Shown: positions 49,894-62,078 of the stretch, in pieces
Layout of the letters: every line of letters starts with the position of its first letter
How positions within the stretch are numbered: position 1 is the stretch's first letter
Source of the DNA: Camelus dromedarius
Taxonomy: Eukaryota
NCBI RefSeq assembly: GCF_036321535.1
Contig: NC_087437.1
Location: forward strand, 80,106,001-80,170,000
DNA length: 64,000 nucleotides
Reading direction: 5' to 3'
Program-made: the position numbers and the translations under genes
The notes under the pieces: generated by a model
The model's input: the letters and a program-made list of their open reading frames with translations, nothing else
What the model was told of the DNA's origin: nothing
Database searches by the model: none

Positions 49894-51784
49894 CCAATTA
49901 AAAGTTCAAAGAGTAAAGACAGATTCTAGAGAGACTAAAAAAATTGGAAAGAAGTGACAGAAAGAAGATAGAATTCCTCAGCACAATTGGAATCAACATT
50001 GATATGTAGGGGAGGGAGGGAAACTTGCAAAGTTACTGAGATTTCACACTTATGTCAGAAAAAGCATACCAAGTGCCCACACAGAACAAAAGTCTTCTGG
50101 GACCCCTTGCTACAAAGTTAGGCTAGAGATAATGTTTTAGTCCAGGATAGGAAGACAGAGGTAGGGCAATGGTCAAAGGAAATGCAAAGTCAGGGTCGAT
50201 GGATAGACTTGTCTAAAATTGAGTTTCTGCAGGTAGCACCTGAAAGATACCATACTGAATGTTAAAGCAACACCATCGCAAAAGCCAAAATAAGAACTGT
50301 CAATTCTTGTTGATCAAAATAACTGTCAGTCCTCTCCTTCTAGGCAAATATCACAACAGCAATCTTAATGAGAGCTTCGACGTTCACAGAATCTGAAGCT
50401 GTACAGGAGTCATAAGGAAGAACACCTTTCTGGCTGCAATCCTTATGATCTCACTTCTAAGTAAAAGTGGCGAAGCCTTAGGCATAGAGAACTAAGTTTT
50501 TCCCACTGCACATTGAATATTGTTAAGGCAGCTCTGCAGGGGAGTTTCTGATCTTCTGTCCTGAGGCACTAATTCAAGAAAGGAGGAAGAAGGGGCCAGC
50601 TTTCAATGACATGCATTTGCAACAAAGTAAACTCATGATTATCATCATCACTATCATCCTTAGTATTAAGAACAATGCAGCAGTTTTTTTTTCAGATCCT
50701 GTGATTAACCTAAAGCAGTAATTCTCAACTAGTAGGTAAGAGAGATGCTGTTCTTGATAGGATTCATAAGTAGGGCGATGGTTGTCATAATATATCTAAT
50801 AATTCAAGAAAGTATCCATTTGAGGTTCTTATATCCTTCATGTTATTTTATGTCCTTAAATTTTATTAAAATGATAAATGTTAAAAATCTGTTCATTGCA
50901 GGTTATTTCTAGTTTGAAGATGTAGAAATAAACAATTTGGGATTGATTTTAAAATTTGAGACATATCCATTAAAATACAGTATTAATTTTTACTCTCAAG
51001 TTAATATATATGACATAGAAGGATAGTTACATTATGTTCTTGAGAGTACAAAATCCAGTTATGGGACAAGATGAGACACCCACACAGGACAGATACTGAA
51101 CCATTAATTGTGGTTCCCTCTACGAAGCAGAATTATGGGGTAGAAAGGGGTGAGAATATGACTTTTCAATTTTTATGTTTCATATATTTCCGTATTCTTT
51201 TTTACAATAAATGTGTGCTGCTTTTATAATTTAAATCCTCAATTTCAATTTAAAAATGTCTAGAAACAGACAAATATCCTTCTCTGAAAAAGTGGCCTGT
51301 TTGTTTCCAACATGGCAATCCTTTTAAAGAAGGAATTATGGGTGGTATAAAACAGGTGAAACATTGCTTTACAAACCTTAGAATAGCCATTATTAGAAAC
51401 CCCCAAAACAGTTAGGACACAAGAATCTGGGAAAACCAGCAGTATCAGAATTTAAAAATACCCTTTGAATTATGCCTCAGTCTATGAAGAAAAAAGGCTG
51501 CTACCAGTCATGATTATGAAGAAAACCATATCAGGATTTTCTACCACATTTAGAAATGCACTGCCTTTATTTTCTTCAATTTTGTTTTGTTATTTATTAT
51601 ACTTCTGCTCATGCACATGCTTCATTATCCCCTCAGATCTCACTTACAAAATAAAATCTCAAAGATAAAATTATTAAAAATTTCAAGAGGGCAACAGCAG
51701 AATTTTTACAAGCATGGGCCCTTCCGAGAGCAGGGCACTATGCAAGTGCACTTGACATACACCTCTAGAGCACGCCTGGAGGAC

Positions 51785-52545
51785 TGACCATATAGCAGAG
51801 TAGGAAGACCCTGAGCTCACCTCATCCCATGGGAACACCAAAATTGCAACTATTTACAGGGCAGCTATCCTTGAAAGTGACCTGAAGACTAGCAAAAAAA
51901 ATCTTCTACAGCTAAAGATATAAAGGAACCACAATGAGTTGGGTTGGAGGGACAGATGTGTTAAAGACCCACACTATGGGTAGGCAACCCACAAAGAGAA
52001 GGATAATTAAAATGGCAGATGTTCTCCCCAAGGAGTGAGAAGTCCAACCCCACACTGGCCTCCCCAGTTCAAGAGTCCCACACCAAGAAGACAAGCCCCC
52101 AAAATGTTTGTCTGTGAAGTTTCAGCAGAGCTTACTTTCTGGAGAACCAAAGGGCTGTGGGAAATAGAAACTCTGTTCTTAAAGGGTGTACACAAAATCT
52201 CACACATTCTGAGACCCATGGCAGAAGTAGTCATTTTAAAGGACCCTGGGTCAGACCCACTTGCTGATCTTGGAGAGCCTCCAGGAAAGGCAAGAGGCAA
52301 TTGAAAATCACTCGGGGGACAGCAAGCAGCAGTCATTTTGGGGAGTTCACCCCACCATGAGGACACTGGTGCTGGTAAGCACCATTTTGGAATCCTCACT
52401 CTAGCTTACTGGTGCTGAATTCCAGTCCCAAATACCAGCCAGTTAGCACCAGTCCTGGACACCCAAGGCCAGGCAGCTATCTGGGTCAAGACATGGCCCA
52501 ACCACCAAGCAGACTGGCTGCTCTAGGACTCCCTGATCCCTCGAA
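51785..52545 (+). mobile_element. L1 5' UTR fragment (artiodactyl-type) with no ORF1 downstream
   Basis: gagtaggaagaccctgagctcacctc..caccaaaattgcaactatttaca..gacctgaagactagca..gggtcagacccacttgctgatcttggagagcctcc. Confidence 0.75.
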
Positions 52546-52864
52546 TCACTCAAAGACAATACTTGAACCTGTACATCCTTACCACTCTATCAAGCATAGC
52601 TTTTCATAAAAATCAAAAGATTATGCATATAAATTAATTTTACTTATTTTTGTAGACCTATGAAATGTGAAATGATAGCTGTTAGTGACCTGGCCCCATG
52701 AACTGTAAAACTTTGTAAATGCCAGTTATATATTAGTGTTACCCATAAGCTACAGGCAGTAAATCAATTAATTTCAATAATGGTTTAATAATTTCATCCA
52801 AATTATGAAATCAAAATGAAGTTTTTGTAAGTTCCTTCTGTCAAAGATGAAACATTTGACCTTA

Positions 52865-55400
52865 TTTTTCATCAATTTTACTAAAGTAAAATTTAAATAT
52901 AACATTCACTGATTTTAATTGTATTGATAATGAATTTTGACAAACGTGCACACTCAGGTAACCACCATACTCATAATGAAGATACAGAACATCTCAATCA
53001 CCCCAAATCATTTGCTATTAACCCTTGGAAGTCAACCCCATGGCCCCGGAAAGCACTGATCTGTTGTCAGTACAAATTAGTTTTGTCTCTTCTAAAATTT
53101 AATATAAATGGAATTATATAGTATATATTCTTTTCTGTCTAAATTCTTTTACTCAGTATGACTTTTTGACATTCATTTATGCTATTGCTTGTATCATTAC
53201 TTTGTTCTTTTTGTTGTTGAGTACTATTCAGTTGTGTAACAGGCCTTGATTTGTTTAGCCATTTACCTGTTGACATTTGGGTGTTTTTGGTTTGGGGCTA
53301 TTATAATTCAAGCTGCCATAATTACTTTTATGCAGATCATTTTATGAAAATGTTTTCTTCTATCTTGGTTAAATACCTAGAAATGGGATTTGGGGGTCAT
53401 ATGTTAAGTGTGTGCTTCATTTTACAAGAATCTACAAAATATTTTCCAAAATAATACATTTTTATTCTCCCACAAGCAGTAAGTGCAATTTCCAATTGCT
53501 CTAAATCTTTGCCAACACATTAAAAAAATCCTCTTATTAATGCAGGAAATATATATTTATAGCTCATTGTGGTTTTAATTTTCATTATCCTGGAAACTAA
53601 TTATGCTTAGCATCTTTTTATATGTTTATTGGCCATTTATGTATCAATTTTGGGAGGTGTATGTTCAAATATTTTGCCAAATTCTGTTGGGTTGTTTACG
53701 AATTCACTATCAAGTAGCAAGTGTTAGTTATAGCCTAGATAAAAGTCCTTTGTCATATAAATATAAATATATTACAAGTATTATCCCATTCACATTTTCT
53801 TAATATCTTTCAAAAAACAAAAAAAAATAATTTCGTGAATCTAACTTATCAATTATTTTGTTAGTTTATGACTAATGGGGTTTTTTGTACTAGTAAAAAA
53901 ATTTGTTTACTCCAAGGTCATGAAATTTTTCTCCTGTTTATTCTTCTAGAAATACTATAGTGTTTACTTTTACATTTAGATATATAATCTACTTTGAGTT
54001 AATTCTGTAAAAAACTAAAAACATAGTTACCATATGATCAGCAATCCCACTCCTGGGCATATATCCAGAAAAGTTGAAAACCCTAATTCAAAAAGATATA
54101 TGCACCCGAACATTCATAGCAGCACTATTTACAACACCCAAGACATGAAGCAACCTAAGTATTCATCAATAGATGAATGGATAAAGAAGATGTGGTGCAC
54201 ACACACACACACACAAACAATGAAATATTACTCAGCCATAAAAAGAATGAAATATTGGCATTTGTAGCATCATGGGTGGTCCTAGACATTATCATACTAA
54301 GTGAAGTCAGACAGAGAAAGACAAGTATTATATGATATCATTTATATGTTAAATCTATAAAATAATACAAGTGAACTTATTTACAAAACAGAAACAAACT
54401 CACAGACATAGAAAACAAACTTATAGTTACCAAGAGGAAAGGGGACAAGGGAGGGATAAATTAGGAGTATGGGATTAACAGATACACACCACTATGTATA
54501 AATTAAATAAACAACAAGAATTTACTATAAAGCACAGGGAACTGTATCTAATATCTTGTAATAATCTATAATGAAAATGAATCTGAATACATGTATATTT
54601 ATATCTACAACTGAATCACTTTGCTGTATGCCTGAAACTAACACAATATTGTAAATCAACAAAACTTCAATTTAAAAAAATTAGTATCACACCCATTTCT
54701 ACAAAGGAAAGGAAAAAAAAAGCCCTGCTGCTATGGGGTCTATCACTCTGGTATTAAGATCTTCTTTAATTTCTGACAGCAATACCTTGGATTTGGCTTT
54801 CATGGACATTCATATATTTTGTTAAATTTTTCTTAAGTATTTTATATAAATTGATGCTATTATAAATGGCATTTTTAAATTTTATTTTCCCATTGTTTGT
54901 TGCTAATGTATAGAAATACAACAGAATTTGCATGCTGCACTTCAGCCTGAGACCTGCATAAATTAATGTATTAGTTCTAGCAGTTGTTCTGTAGATACAT
55001 TAGGAATTTTTTCATACATGATGTCATCTTAAAATAACTTTACTACTTTCCTTCTAATCTAATTTTGTTTTACTTCTTTTATTTCTTTATTGCAAGAGAG
55101 TGGGCATCCTTGCCTTGTTTCTGATTTTAGGGAAAAGCATTCAAGATTTTGCCAGTAAGTATGGTGTAAGGTGTAGCTTTTTTCACAGATTATCTTAATC
55201 TTTATAAAATTAAGAAAGTTTCATTTCACTCCTACTTATCTGAGTGTTGTTATGATGACTTGGTGTTGGATATTGTCAAAAAATTTTTCTACACATATTG
55301 AAATATTTTTTCTCTTCTCTTTTTTTCTGCTGCTAATGTGATATATTACACTGGTTGGTTTTCTGTGTTAAACTAAACATGTTTTCTGAAAATAAACTAT
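52865..55400 (-). mobile_element. Old L1M (3' UTR into ORF2), fragmented and interrupted
   Basis: Antisense motifs atataaatggaattatatagtat, ctcattgtggttttaatt, gagagtgggcatccttgccttgtttctgat. Confidence 0.85.
54008..54680 (+). mobile_element. Artiodactyl-type L1 3' end inserted in the older L1
   Basis: gttaccatatgatcagcaatcccactcctgggcatatatcc..actcacagacatagaaaacaaac..A-tail at ~54674-54680. Confidence 0.9.
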
Positions 55401-55815
55401 TGCAAATACCCAAAATAAATTAAAACACATGCCACACAAACTTATACACACCTGTTCATAGCAGCATCATATATAATACCAAGAAGTGTAAACAACCAAA
55501 TATCTATCAATTTATGAATGGATAAATAAATGTGGTATTTCCATACAATGGAATATACCTTTCTTTGCATTTATTTAGATTTTTTAAATTTTTGAACAAT
55601 ATTTTATAGTTTTCAGTGTATAAATTCTGCAGTCCTTTTGCTACATTAATTCCTAAGTGTTTTATTCTTTTTGATACTATTGTAAATGGATTTGTTTCCT
55701 TAATTTCATTTTTGGTTTGTTCATTGTCATTCTATTGAAAGACAATCGATTTTTGTATATTGATCTTATATTCTTAACCTTGAAAAACTTGATTATTAGT
55801 TACAATAGTTTCTTA
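55400..55815. mobile_element. Two adjacent L1 ORF2 pieces in opposite orientation
   Basis: Sense piece (gttcatagcagca..gaatggataaataaatgtggtat) to ~55556, then antisense piece (attcctaagt.ttttattctttttgat..gatttttgtatattga). Confidence 0.7.
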
Positions 55816-56689
55816 ATGTGTAGTACAATTTTTACGCAAAATTGTACACAAATTCCCTCCTAGCAGGAAGCACTATTAAAAAGAAATGCATATGTAATTT
55901 AAGTCAATGGTGTCATTGTATTTGCTCATTCACATATTTTCTGGATCTTTAAGATAAATAGTATCTCCATGAATTTTTAAAGAATGAAAATAAAGAGTCA
56001 TAGTCAAACCATTGTGTATAAATGATTTTGGTATAGTTTTTAAAACATCAATTTTTGATACAGATGTAAGGTGTCATTGCATGCCTTTAATTAAGAGTGT
56101 CTTTCGGAAAAGCTCTCTTTAAGTTTCAACACAGCATAAGAAGTCATTCTTTCTTACTGACCTCCAATAGAGAACATTTGATAGTACTTTATAGACATCA
56201 GCAAGCTGGCTTTTAATATAAAGTAAATTAATCATTTTAAGATAAGGAAAATTGAGCATGAATTGTTTTTATAAATTGATTTACATTTTAGTGTACTAAA
56301 ACAACTCATTATTTAGAAAAAATGCTATAATGAATCCACATATAATAGTTGGAAAAGTTACTATGAAAATCTGATAAACATCCTCCATTTTATCCATGTT
56401 GCAAACTCAGATTTTTATAAATGGAATTTTACTTAGTGCAAGGTATAACCTTATTTTGTATTGTCTACTGACATTTTAGTCACTAAGAATTCTAGAGCTT
56501 CCTACAAATTATCATTTGCTTGAGATTTGTTTGTCCTTCCATATGGATACAGATTTTTCACCCTATGTATTTTTAATATGCTTATTAAAATGGTCAGAAA
56601 TAGAACCAGTAGATAGATAATATAAGGAGGGAGACCTAAGTCTTATATTGACATTTTTCTAAAAACAATAGCTAGCTGACGATAGACAG

Positions 56690-56815
56690 GCTACCTGTGA
56701 AGTGAGCTCCCTATCACTGGAAATGTCCCTGAGACAGATTAAATCCAGCCCATGGCACCTATTGTCAAGGAGGCTTTGGCACTGTATGGAGAGTTTAAGT
56801 ATATGACTTCAAAGA
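56690..56815 (+). mobile_element. L3/CR1 3' end fragment
   Basis: gtgagctccctatcactggaaatgt..ggagagtttaagtatatgacttcaaag resembles the CR1/L3 tail. Confidence 0.55.
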
Positions 56816-57960
56816 AAATACATATTAAGACTGAACAAATTTTAGTGAGGTTCAGTTTTCTGCCATCTAAAGTGTTTTGCCCAATTTTATGTCATCTATA
56901 AAATAAAACCACAAGTCTGCCTTACATATTTACACATGCATAAAAATACACAGATGCACTCCAATAGGGCTGTTACTTCCACATACTGGGTAGGATTGAT
57001 TTGTGTGTTCTGTGGGGGTGTGTGTTGTGCAACATATATAAAAAGTTGTATATGTACACACAGACATCTTTTTCTCATACTTTCATCCATGGTACAAGAT
57101 ACATACTACTTCCAAAAGAAAGACAGTACTGTAAGCCAAATAATTTATCTAAATTTAAAATCATTGTCTTGTTTTCAAAGGAGTAAGAAGAAAAAAAACT
57201 GTTTTCTTCATGAAGATAGAAACTTCTGAAAATTAGGTTTTAAAATAGAAATACTGGTATACTTTTAAGCACTGTGTTAAAAAGGATTGTAAGCAATGGA
57301 AGAAATTCATTCACAAGAACACTCAATAGTTCCTGATCTCAAACAGCCAAAATAGAAATGATTTAAAAAAAAAAAAAGAGAGAGATGCTAGCCATTAAGA
57401 AATCTGGTTTAAGTACTAGCAATGTACTCAACACCGTGAAAGAAATATGAAGAGTCTGCCCTTACATCTCCTGAACTTTGCTGATTGTCGTATATGGAAA
57501 AATGCATCTGTTCCTGCCTTAAAACAGACAATAGTGTCTTTAAAATGATGCTCAAGGAATCTGCAGGGATCCTGAGGCAGGATTGTTAAGCACAGACCTC
57601 ATCGCATGTGGCCGTTTGCTTAATGCTGTGTGCACCACACACGCACTGCTAATGTTCATCAACACCATCTCCGAAGCATGGAAATTGAAGCTTCATTTAG
57701 TGCTAACAGCAGCAACATTTCAAAGCCAGATATTACTGAAGACAAATGGACACTTTGGCCTGAAATATTGAGCTTTTTTACAAAAGCATTTCTTCCCTAA
57801 GCTGAGGCTTGCTTATCTGTTTACCCTTAAGAAATAGAAAGAAAGAAGTCTAATCTTGAAATATTCTTTAAAATGAATTTAAGTGCAATAAAATGTGAAG
57901 TCTCAGAAGGGTTTTGTGAGAGCCAGAGATGTATTCAATTTTAAAAATGCATTTTTTAGA

Positions 57961-58173
57961 ACTGTATTATCCAACATGGTAGCCACTAGCCATATATAAC
58001 TATTTAAACTTAAATTATATACAGTTTAAAATTAAATTTAAATTAAATACTTAGTTCCTCAGTCACACAGGCCATATTTTAGTGCTCCATACCATATGGG
58101 GCAAATAGTGACCACATCAGAGGGCACAAATACAGAACCTTTCCATGACGGCACAAATTCTGTTGGACAGTGA
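57961..58173. mobile_element. MER3 hAT-Charlie MITE
   Basis: atggtagccactagccatat..agttcctcagtcacac..cagaacctttccat..ttctgttggacag. Confidence 0.85.
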
Positions 58174-58522
58174 AATTTTAGAGAAAAGCAATCAATGTGT
58201 TTGTTATCCAGATGTTAGCTATGAAAGCAATATAAGGAGAAAAGTTGAAACATTATCAAATACATTTTTATAAAGGGAGAATTTAAGGAAGGGAGAAATA
58301 GTTGACCTCAACTCTCTAAATGTATTCTTTACATTAATTACATTTACTTGATCCTCCATAAAATCACAGAACAGACTAGAAAACACAAAATAAAGGCATT
58401 ACACAGATAGCAATCAGGAAAGAAGCTCCCACCAAAAGTGAGACATTCTGAGTAAAGTGCACAAAAGAGCAGTCAGGAATTAGCAGGGACATCCAGAACT
58501 AGAGGAGGCTGCAATCTTAGAT

Positions 58523-58670
58523 ATTTTTATTTTTTTAATTTTTTTTTTAGTAGGCGGGAGGTATTTGTTTAGTTATTTTAATTATTTTTTTTCAGTGGAG
58601 GTACTGGGGATTGAACCCAGGACCTCATGCATGCTAAGCATGCGCTCTACCACTGAGCTATACACTCCCC
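58523..58670 (-). mobile_element. Camelid tRNA-derived SINE (Vic-1 type)
   Basis: Reverse strand reads GGGGAGTGTATAGCTCAGTGGTAGAGCGCATGCTTAGCATGCATGAGGTCCTGGGTTCAATCCCCAGTACCTCC; TSD CTTAGAT at 58516-58522 and 58672-58678. Confidence 0.92.
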
Positions 58671-59102
58671 ACTTAGATTTTTTTTTCTTCATTGTGAAAT
58701 AATTTGTATTCTTATCCAAATTAAACTGAATTTCTGAGTCTTTTGAAGATACATTATAATTTTCCAGATTTCTGTAACACAAAATAATGTGTATGAATGC
58801 AGCAGTTTATTGAAGAAGCTAAACTCAGAAAAAGTAGGACAAATTTACTTTTTTTCTACCACTGACTTTTAACTTGATCTTCTTCACCTCTACATGGTAA
58901 CTTTGCTAAAATCTACAGCTTTTCCAGTAGCTTCTAGGCAACAAAAAATTCTATCCAATATAATAACATAATTTTCAGCCTCTCATTCAGATTTCTCCCT
59001 TCCTTCCAACTAACAGCCACATTAGAGGCAGAGCTGAGTATTTCCCCACCTTGCTTTTCTACTTCCTCATCCTGTTCCACTAGCCTAGTCTCTCTAACAT
59101 TG

Positions 59103-59302
59103 NNNNNNNNNNNNNNNNNNNNNNNNNNNNNNNNNNNNNNNNNNNNNNNNNNNNNNNNNNNNNNNNNNNNNNNNNNNNNNNNNNNNNNNNNNNNNNNNNN
59201 NNNNNNNNNNNNNNNNNNNNNNNNNNNNNNNNNNNNNNNNNNNNNNNNNNNNNNNNNNNNNNNNNNNNNNNNNNNNNNNNNNNNNNNNNNNNNNNNNNNN
59301 NN
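59103..59302. other. Assembly gap (200 N)
   Basis: Exactly 200 N. Confidence 1.
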
Positions 59303-62078
59303 TCAACTGTGTTCCATTGATCTCAGTGTCTATTTTTTCCAGTACTATGTTGTACTGATTGCTACAGCTTTACAGTAAAATATGAAATCAGGAGGTGTAA
59401 TACCTTTAGTTCTTTTCTTAGGATTCTTTCAGCTATTCAGGATCTTCTGTGGTTCCATATACATTTTAGGGTTTTTTTGTTCTATTTCTGTGAAAAATGT
59501 CATTGAGATTTTAATAGGGATTGCATTGAATCTGTAGATTGTTTTAGATAATATGAACATTTTTAACAGTGTTAATTCTTCCAATCTATGAGCAAGGACT
59601 CTTACCATTTTGTTGTGCCTTCTTCAATTCCTTTCAACAATGTAAGTTTTTGGTGTACAAGTCTTTCACCTCCTTGGTTAAATTCATTCCGAGGTATTTT
59701 ATCCTTTTTGATGTGATTTTAGATGCAATTGTTTTCTTGACTTCTCTTTCTGATAGTTCATTACTAGTGTATATAAATGCAACAGATTTCTGTATATTAA
59801 CCTCATATACTACAACTTTACTGAATTCATTTATTACATCTCATAGTTTTTTTTTTTTGGTGGAATCTTTAGGGTTTTCCATATATGCATCATATCATGT
59901 GTAAATAGTGACAGTTTTACTTCTTCCCTTCCAATTTGGATGTCTTTTATTTCCTTTTCTTTTATGAGTGCTGTGGCTAGGACTTCCAATACTATGCTGA
60001 ATAAAAGTAGAGATAATGGGCATTCTTGTCTTGTTCCTCATCTAAAGGAAAAGCTTTCAGTTTTTCACCATTGAGTATGATGTTAGCTGTGGGCTTATCA
60101 TATACGGCCTTTTGATGTTAAGGTACATTTGTTCTATATCCATTTTATTGAGTTTTTATCATAAATTGGTATTAAATCTTATCTAATACTTTTTCTGCAT
60201 CTATTGAGATGATTATGTGATCTTTATTTTTCATTCTGTTAATGTAGTGTATCCTGTTACTTGATTTGTAGATGTTGAACCCTTCTTGGATTAGATCCCA
60301 CTTGATCATGGCGTGTGATCCTCTTATTGTATTATTGTATTTGGTTTGCTAATATTTCGCCGAGATTTTTTCATCTATGTTCATCAGAGATAATGGCATA
60401 TAATTTTATTTTTTGTGTTGTTTTGTCTGACTTTTATTTCAGGGTAAATGCTGGCCTCGTAAAATATGTTAGGGAGCATTCTCTTCTCTTCAGTTGCTGC
60501 TGAGAAATCTGCTGATAGCTTAATGGGGGTTCCTTTGTAGGTTATTTCCCTTTTTTCCTTGTTACCTTTAAAATTCTTTCTTTGTCATTGACTTCTGACA
60601 ATTATAATATAATATGTCTTGGAGAAAGTCTTTTTGTGCTGAGGTAATTAGGTAGTGTCTTAGCTTCACGAACTTGTATATCCAGTTCTTTCCCTGAGTT
60701 GAGGGAGTTCTCGGCTGTTATTTAAATGAACTCTCTGCTCCCTTCTCCCTCTTCTCCTTCTGGGATACCAATCATTCTTCCATTGCCCTTCCTAATGAAG
60801 TCAGAGAATTCTCACAGAATTAGATCTAGTTCTCTCTCCTCTTCTACCTGTGTTATTTCTGTTTCTATCTTCAGACTTACTAATTCTCTCTCCTATATGG
60901 TCTTCTCTATTTCCAGTGCTTTCTAATATGTTCTTCATCTCATTTATTGAGTTCTTCAGCTCTAGAATTTCTGTTTGGTTCTCTTTTTGGAGTTTCAATC
61001 TTTTTGGTAAAATATTTCTTCTGTTCATTAATTTTATCCCTAAGCTCATTGAATTTTTTTGCCTTTCTAAGTTTTCCTGTAGCTCACTGAGTTTCTTCAT
61101 GACAGCTATTTTGAATTCTCTATCAACTTGATCACAACAGTTCATGACTTTAAAATTGGTTTGTTTATGGAATTCTGTCATTTTCTTTTTGTGATACCAT
61201 ATAACTATGTTTTTCAGCATACTTGATGGTGTTTCTCTCCTGGTACATTTGAAGTAACAAACCCATTTCTTCTTTAGGTCAAGTTTTTTTTACTTGATTC
61301 AACATTAGTAATTAGAGGTCTTTCTTTACTTTTTCAGCAGGTGGCACTATAGCACAAAATTTCGGTTTCTCTTATCTGAGCTGCCTCCAGTTACATTTGA
61401 GATCAGCATTTTCCATTCTCCACCATCTCTCCCAGAGATGCTGCCGTGCTTTCTTGCTGTCATTGCTCTGCTTTTGCCTCCCGGGGTAGTGGCGCCTTGC
61501 TGCTGCCAGTGGCACAGCCATTGCCAGCACTGCTGCCTGGGGCACTGGAATGGTGGGTGCTTTCACCACGTCTGGGGTTGCACCCTGCCCCCACAGGGGA
61601 AAGCGGGGAGACCAGGGTCTGCAGTGCCTCTGCTACCCCTGCGGTTGTCAGGTTCACCGGCGCTGCCACTGCAGGCTGGAAGGCCAGAGCCACAGGTGCT
61701 TCCACAGCCAAAGGGACAGGGACACAGGCCCTGCTGCTGCTGCTGCCCACTCCCCGTGGCTGTGGGCACTGCTGTGACTAGAAGGCCGGAGTTGCTGACA
61801 CAGCCTCCTCTCCTGCTACTGGGTTCTCTGGGCCTGCAGGCTCAGCTGCTGTGGCTAGGGAGCCAGGATCACAGGTCCCGCCTCCACTGTCCCCTCAGTT
61901 TTGCCTCCTCTATGTGGTCCAGTCCCCCCTCTCTAGAGACACTGGTATGTGGGATTCTCCAGCATCCTGGTGTGTTGGGCAAAGGAGACTTTGGTGAGTT
62001 ATAGACATTTTACTGATTGTAGATTGAAGGGGAGGGACAAAGGGAACAGCTCACACTGCCACAACACTGAGGTCCAAC
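59303..62078 (-). mobile_element. L1 with retained 5' UTR, partial ORF1, large internal deletion and ORF2 RT/3' part running into the gap
   Basis: ORF 60801..61220 (EFKIAVMKKLSELQEN..NQTEILELKNSINEMKN..ERIS) is the ORF1p coiled coil; 59303-60490 is antisense ORF2; 61250-62078 is GC-rich 5' UTR. Confidence 0.9.
61334..61349 (+). promoter_or_regulatory. Candidate CTCF motif within the L1 5' region
   Basis: TCAGCAGGTGGCACTA, 13/14 to core CCASYAGRKGGCRS. Confidence 0.45.

Noticed and set aside
52007..52399. 130-aa minus-strand ORF
   Set aside because: Antisense reading of an L1 5' UTR fragment
58596..58670. tRNA-like sequence with A and B boxes
   Set aside because: SINE head: has an AT-rich tail, a TSD and a diverged second copy at 1748
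59094..59378. ORFs made of X residues
   Set aside because: Artefact of the N gap
61372..62004. Six overlapping ORFs up to 188 aa, Cys/Pro/Ala-rich
   Set aside because: They lie in the GC-rich, stop-poor L1 5' UTR and are open on both strands; no recognisable domain
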